DNA of 57,314 nucleotides from IMG/VR virus record IMGVR_UViG_3300042884_000922, positions 1 through 57,314 of that record. One strand, 5' to 3'. The position numbers and the translations under genes are program-made. Source of the stretch: a virus (Duplodnaviria; Caudoviricetes). The notes beneath the pieces are model-generated. The model saw only the letters and a list, made by a program, of their open reading frames with translations. It made no database searches and was not told where the DNA came from. Positions 55,901 to 57,314 of the stretch are shown in pieces; positions within the stretch are counted from its first letter, which is position 1, and every line of letters begins with the position of its first letter.

Positions 55901-57314
55901 TTCGACGAAATGCAGGTAACACATGGTCATTTGATACTGCGTCGTATGTACCGACGAGTCGCGCTCTTACAATTACAGGGGCAGTAAATTCTGGAATTAC
56001 AGTAACTCCAGTCGGAGCACAAAGTGTCGCGGTGCCGCAAGATTTAATGGCGGATCGTGGTTGGTTAATTTCATTGGAAGCTGGAAACCTTACACAATTA
56101 CGTGACCTCGGCACAAACACGGGAATTATTGTGCATAATGGTGCGGCTGGTGGCGGTATGGTCACTCGTAGCATTGCCTCTGGAAACGCTGCTGAAATAA
56201 CAATAACAAATGGTAATGGCGTCTCTGGAAACCCAACAATATCTTTGACGACAAGTAATCTCACAAGTCTTCGTGCCCTCACTACAAATGGTTTCTTGGC
56301 TCATACTGGAACAAACACTATAACCCCGCGAAGTATTGTAATTGCATCTGGCAGTACAGGACTGAGCATCACTGATGGTAATGGTGTGTCTGGCAATCCG
56401 ACAATAACACTGAGTAGTACATCATCTGCTGTGAATAATTCGCTTGTTGCACGAGACTCTTCTGGAAACTTTGCTGCAAATACAATTACGGCTAATACAT
56501 TAACTGCATCAACATTTAATGGCGGCGCGACACTATCAGGAACTCCTACTGCACCAACTGCAGCTGTTAGTACAAATAGCACACAAATCGCAACAACTGC
56601 ATTTGTAATTGGCCAGGCCGCCGACGTGGCACCGCCAATGGACGGAATTGCCTCAGCTGGCTCTTCTACCCGCTTTGCTCGCGCTGATCACGTCCACGCT
56701 ACTGATACAACACGTGCACCATTAGCTTCGCCGACCTTTACGGGAACTGCAACTGCGCCAACAGTCTCTGCTGGAAATTATTTAGTAACGGGAAACTCAA
56801 CAACCGCATCAGGAGCTGCAGTTCAAAGAGTTCTCAGTAAAACTATTCCTGTTGGGAATATAGCACGTCTTGCAGAATTTACTGCAGCAGAAGGCAATGT
56901 TGCAATAGAAATTCAAGTTTCTTCAAATACAAATAGCAACTCTGGAACGTCAACATACATATTTCAAGGTGGTTATTTGTCACTACAAGGGACTAATCCG
57001 CCTACAAACTCAGCTGATTTTTATAGACTCTATCCATTTAGTGATGGTCGTGGACACGGAGAGGGAACTGATACAGGTCTGGCCACCACTCCGTGGATGG
57101 TAATGATTTATCAAGTCCAACACTCAGGCTCAACTGGTGGATATGGGGTTGCTATTGTAAACAGTTCAGCTACAGTAGCTAGATCTGTAACGGTAACAAT
57201 TACTGAACTGCGTCGCGGAATGTCATTTATTGATAGAAGTGCCGACTCGACAGTTTCATTTGGTACTTCAGCCGGAAATCTCTATAGTCATACAAATCTA
57301 CTTGTCGGTAATCG
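52939..57314 (+). CDS. Long tail-fibre protein (partial, over 1458 aa, runs off the window)
   Basis: Absent from the ORF track, consistent with no stop inside the window; starts MATDTKIILKRSNVIGAAPNSEYLEFGELAFNYRDEKLY (IxxKRS...GELA.N fibre N-terminus); Thr/Ser/Gly/Ala-rich; same frame checked open at 57241-57312. Confidence 0.88.
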   Translation, partial: MATDTKIILKRSNVIGAAPNSEYLEFGELAFNYRDEKLYYRTFRNGAEAITNYDFQRVIPIEKGGTGKTTIAEARAALEAAPLHDPSFTGIASLAAAAIQPGTTLDASDANSRRLATVGYVRAEIADDAPTKTGVGASGDNWNIGILRNAATASKWFAPISISQGTASDLNFTVNFDGSANVTTNLTINTNRRGVIQEALLLRPSTDIQAYDADLQAIASIADNSVGFLRKTAKDTWSLDPETYTPTSRTLTVTTQNGIEGGAAQTLANNRTWTLGLTTTGVTAGTYNNNSTQTNSFAVDVRGRITAVGAPVTITPHFDSITNTPTTLAGYRISDALNISAAAQTKAGNLTAANFIKTNGTSLQFLKADGSSDGTAYTPQARTLTFTTGNGITGGALVPVTLAADRSWTFGLTGQALNVHNLATNGFFVRDSPTTVAARSIAVGSGSGLAIASPDGVSGNPTISLATSNLTSLRDLSTTGFLTRTGLNTLSAKSIAVSGVGLSITNADGVNPGNPTLTLSSTSANVNNSLVARDSSGNFAANTITANTFSGSLSGSATTSVNSSVFSAAATNATYGIIFASDSGLSEMLWTDLTGLNYNPSTNTLTASTFSGNASTATTLATGRTISLTGDVTYTSPSFNGGGNVTAAATIANETVTGKFLTGLGVPILGEIHQTDSILHAFRKLQGNSNIKANTVSPTFSGTVILPIGTSSAVPLILPPAGVLNTDTAAAGSIQFVSDSLSIVNSSLVRKTIAYTDSNITGNAATATSAGKWTSAKSISNTSNPGNSDIIFDVSLDGSVNVVPTLTINSARTSQIRSALGLAIGPNGIQAYDADLAAIAALADGDDDGSTVDTGYLRKTGDNTWIIDQNTVPPGAEELYTISGPDITGASGLASRNIVASLSPIAGLTAGTYNGGTSGTISAITPFTVDAKGRVTATGSAVTIAPAWGSITGKPTTLSESGILDAQALNSNLTSISTLGTTGSNGLLRRNAGNTWSFDTASYVPTSRALTITGAVNSGITVTPVGAQSVAVPQDLMADRGWLISLEAGNLTQLRDLGTNTGIIVHNGAAGGGMVTRSIASGNAAEITITNGNGVSGNPTISLTTSNLTSLRALTTNGFLAHTGTNTITPRSIVIASGSTGLSITDGNGVSGNPTITLSSTSSAVNNSLVARDSSGNFAANTITANTLTASTFNGGATLSGTPTAPTAAVSTNSTQIATTAFVIGQAADVAPPMDGIASAGSSTRFARADHVHATDTTRAPLASPTFTGTATAPTVSAGNYLVTGNSTTASGAAVQRVLSKTIPVGNIARLAEFTAAEGNVAIEIQVSSNTNSNSGTSTYIFQGGYLSLQGTNPPTNSADFYRLYPFSDGRGHGEGTDTGLATTPWMVMIYQVQHSGSTGGYGVAIVNSSATVARSVTVTITELRRGMSFIDRSADSTVSFGTSAGNLYSHTNLLVGN
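53380..56510 (+). repeat. Large internal duplication in the second fibre (about 53380-54590 vs 55220-56510)
   Basis: Both copies carry NAATA.KW, IQAYDADL.AIA, AGTYN, F.VD..GR.TA.G, DG.SGNPTI and ARDSSGNFAANTITANT; identical 47-mer at 54532-54578 and 56449-56495. Confidence 0.85.

Noticed and set aside
54301-56500. Repeat pair in fibre 2 as a diversity-generating retroelement TR/VR
   Set aside because: Differences are not adenine-specific, both copies are in-frame coding, and no reverse transcriptase is in the window
53730-56582. Minus-strand and short alternative-frame ORFs in the last 4 kb
   Set aside because: Shadow ORFs of the long + strand fibre ORF starting at 52939; Ala/Thr/Gly codons leave few antisense stops
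1-57314. Stop-codon reassignment, tRNA genes or introns
   Set aside because: Recognisable genes are full length under the standard code and intergenic gaps are too short; no cloverleaf or intron-like interruption seen by eye

Overview
A 57 kb segment of a large T4-like myophage genome (standard genetic code, tightly packed genes; no tRNA, rRNA, CRISPR array or mobile element seen). Layout: (1) 1-5 kb replication/transcription genes (thyX, glutaredoxin-like, gp33, gp59, gp32); (2) 5-9.4 kb minus-strand tail/head block (tape-measure-like gene, gp26 with a likely -1 frameshift extension, gp54-like, gp2, gp4); (3) 9.4-37.9 kb baseplate and fibre genes (gp48, gp53, hub, a gp5 split into an OB+CHAP gene and a beta-helix gene, a muramidase-domain gene, gp25, gp6, a 2182-aa gp7 with FG-GAP repeats, gp8, a DUF4815/VrlC-like protein, an S74-chaperone tail fibre); (4) 37.9-52.9 kb, the standout: an AT-rich island of 19 co-oriented genes between two tail-fibre genes, with seven radical SAM enzymes, three glycosyltransferase-like genes, a split transketolase, two SDR epimerases, an NDP-sugar dehydrogenase and two deacetylases, carrying T4-type late-promoter motifs. 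I infer it is a candidate virion or fibre glycan-building and radical-tailoring pathway; (5) 52.9 kb to the end, a second long tail-fibre ORF missing from the ORF track, open to the window edge and internally duplicated. All product calls come from motifs recognised by eye plus synteny, not from database searches.
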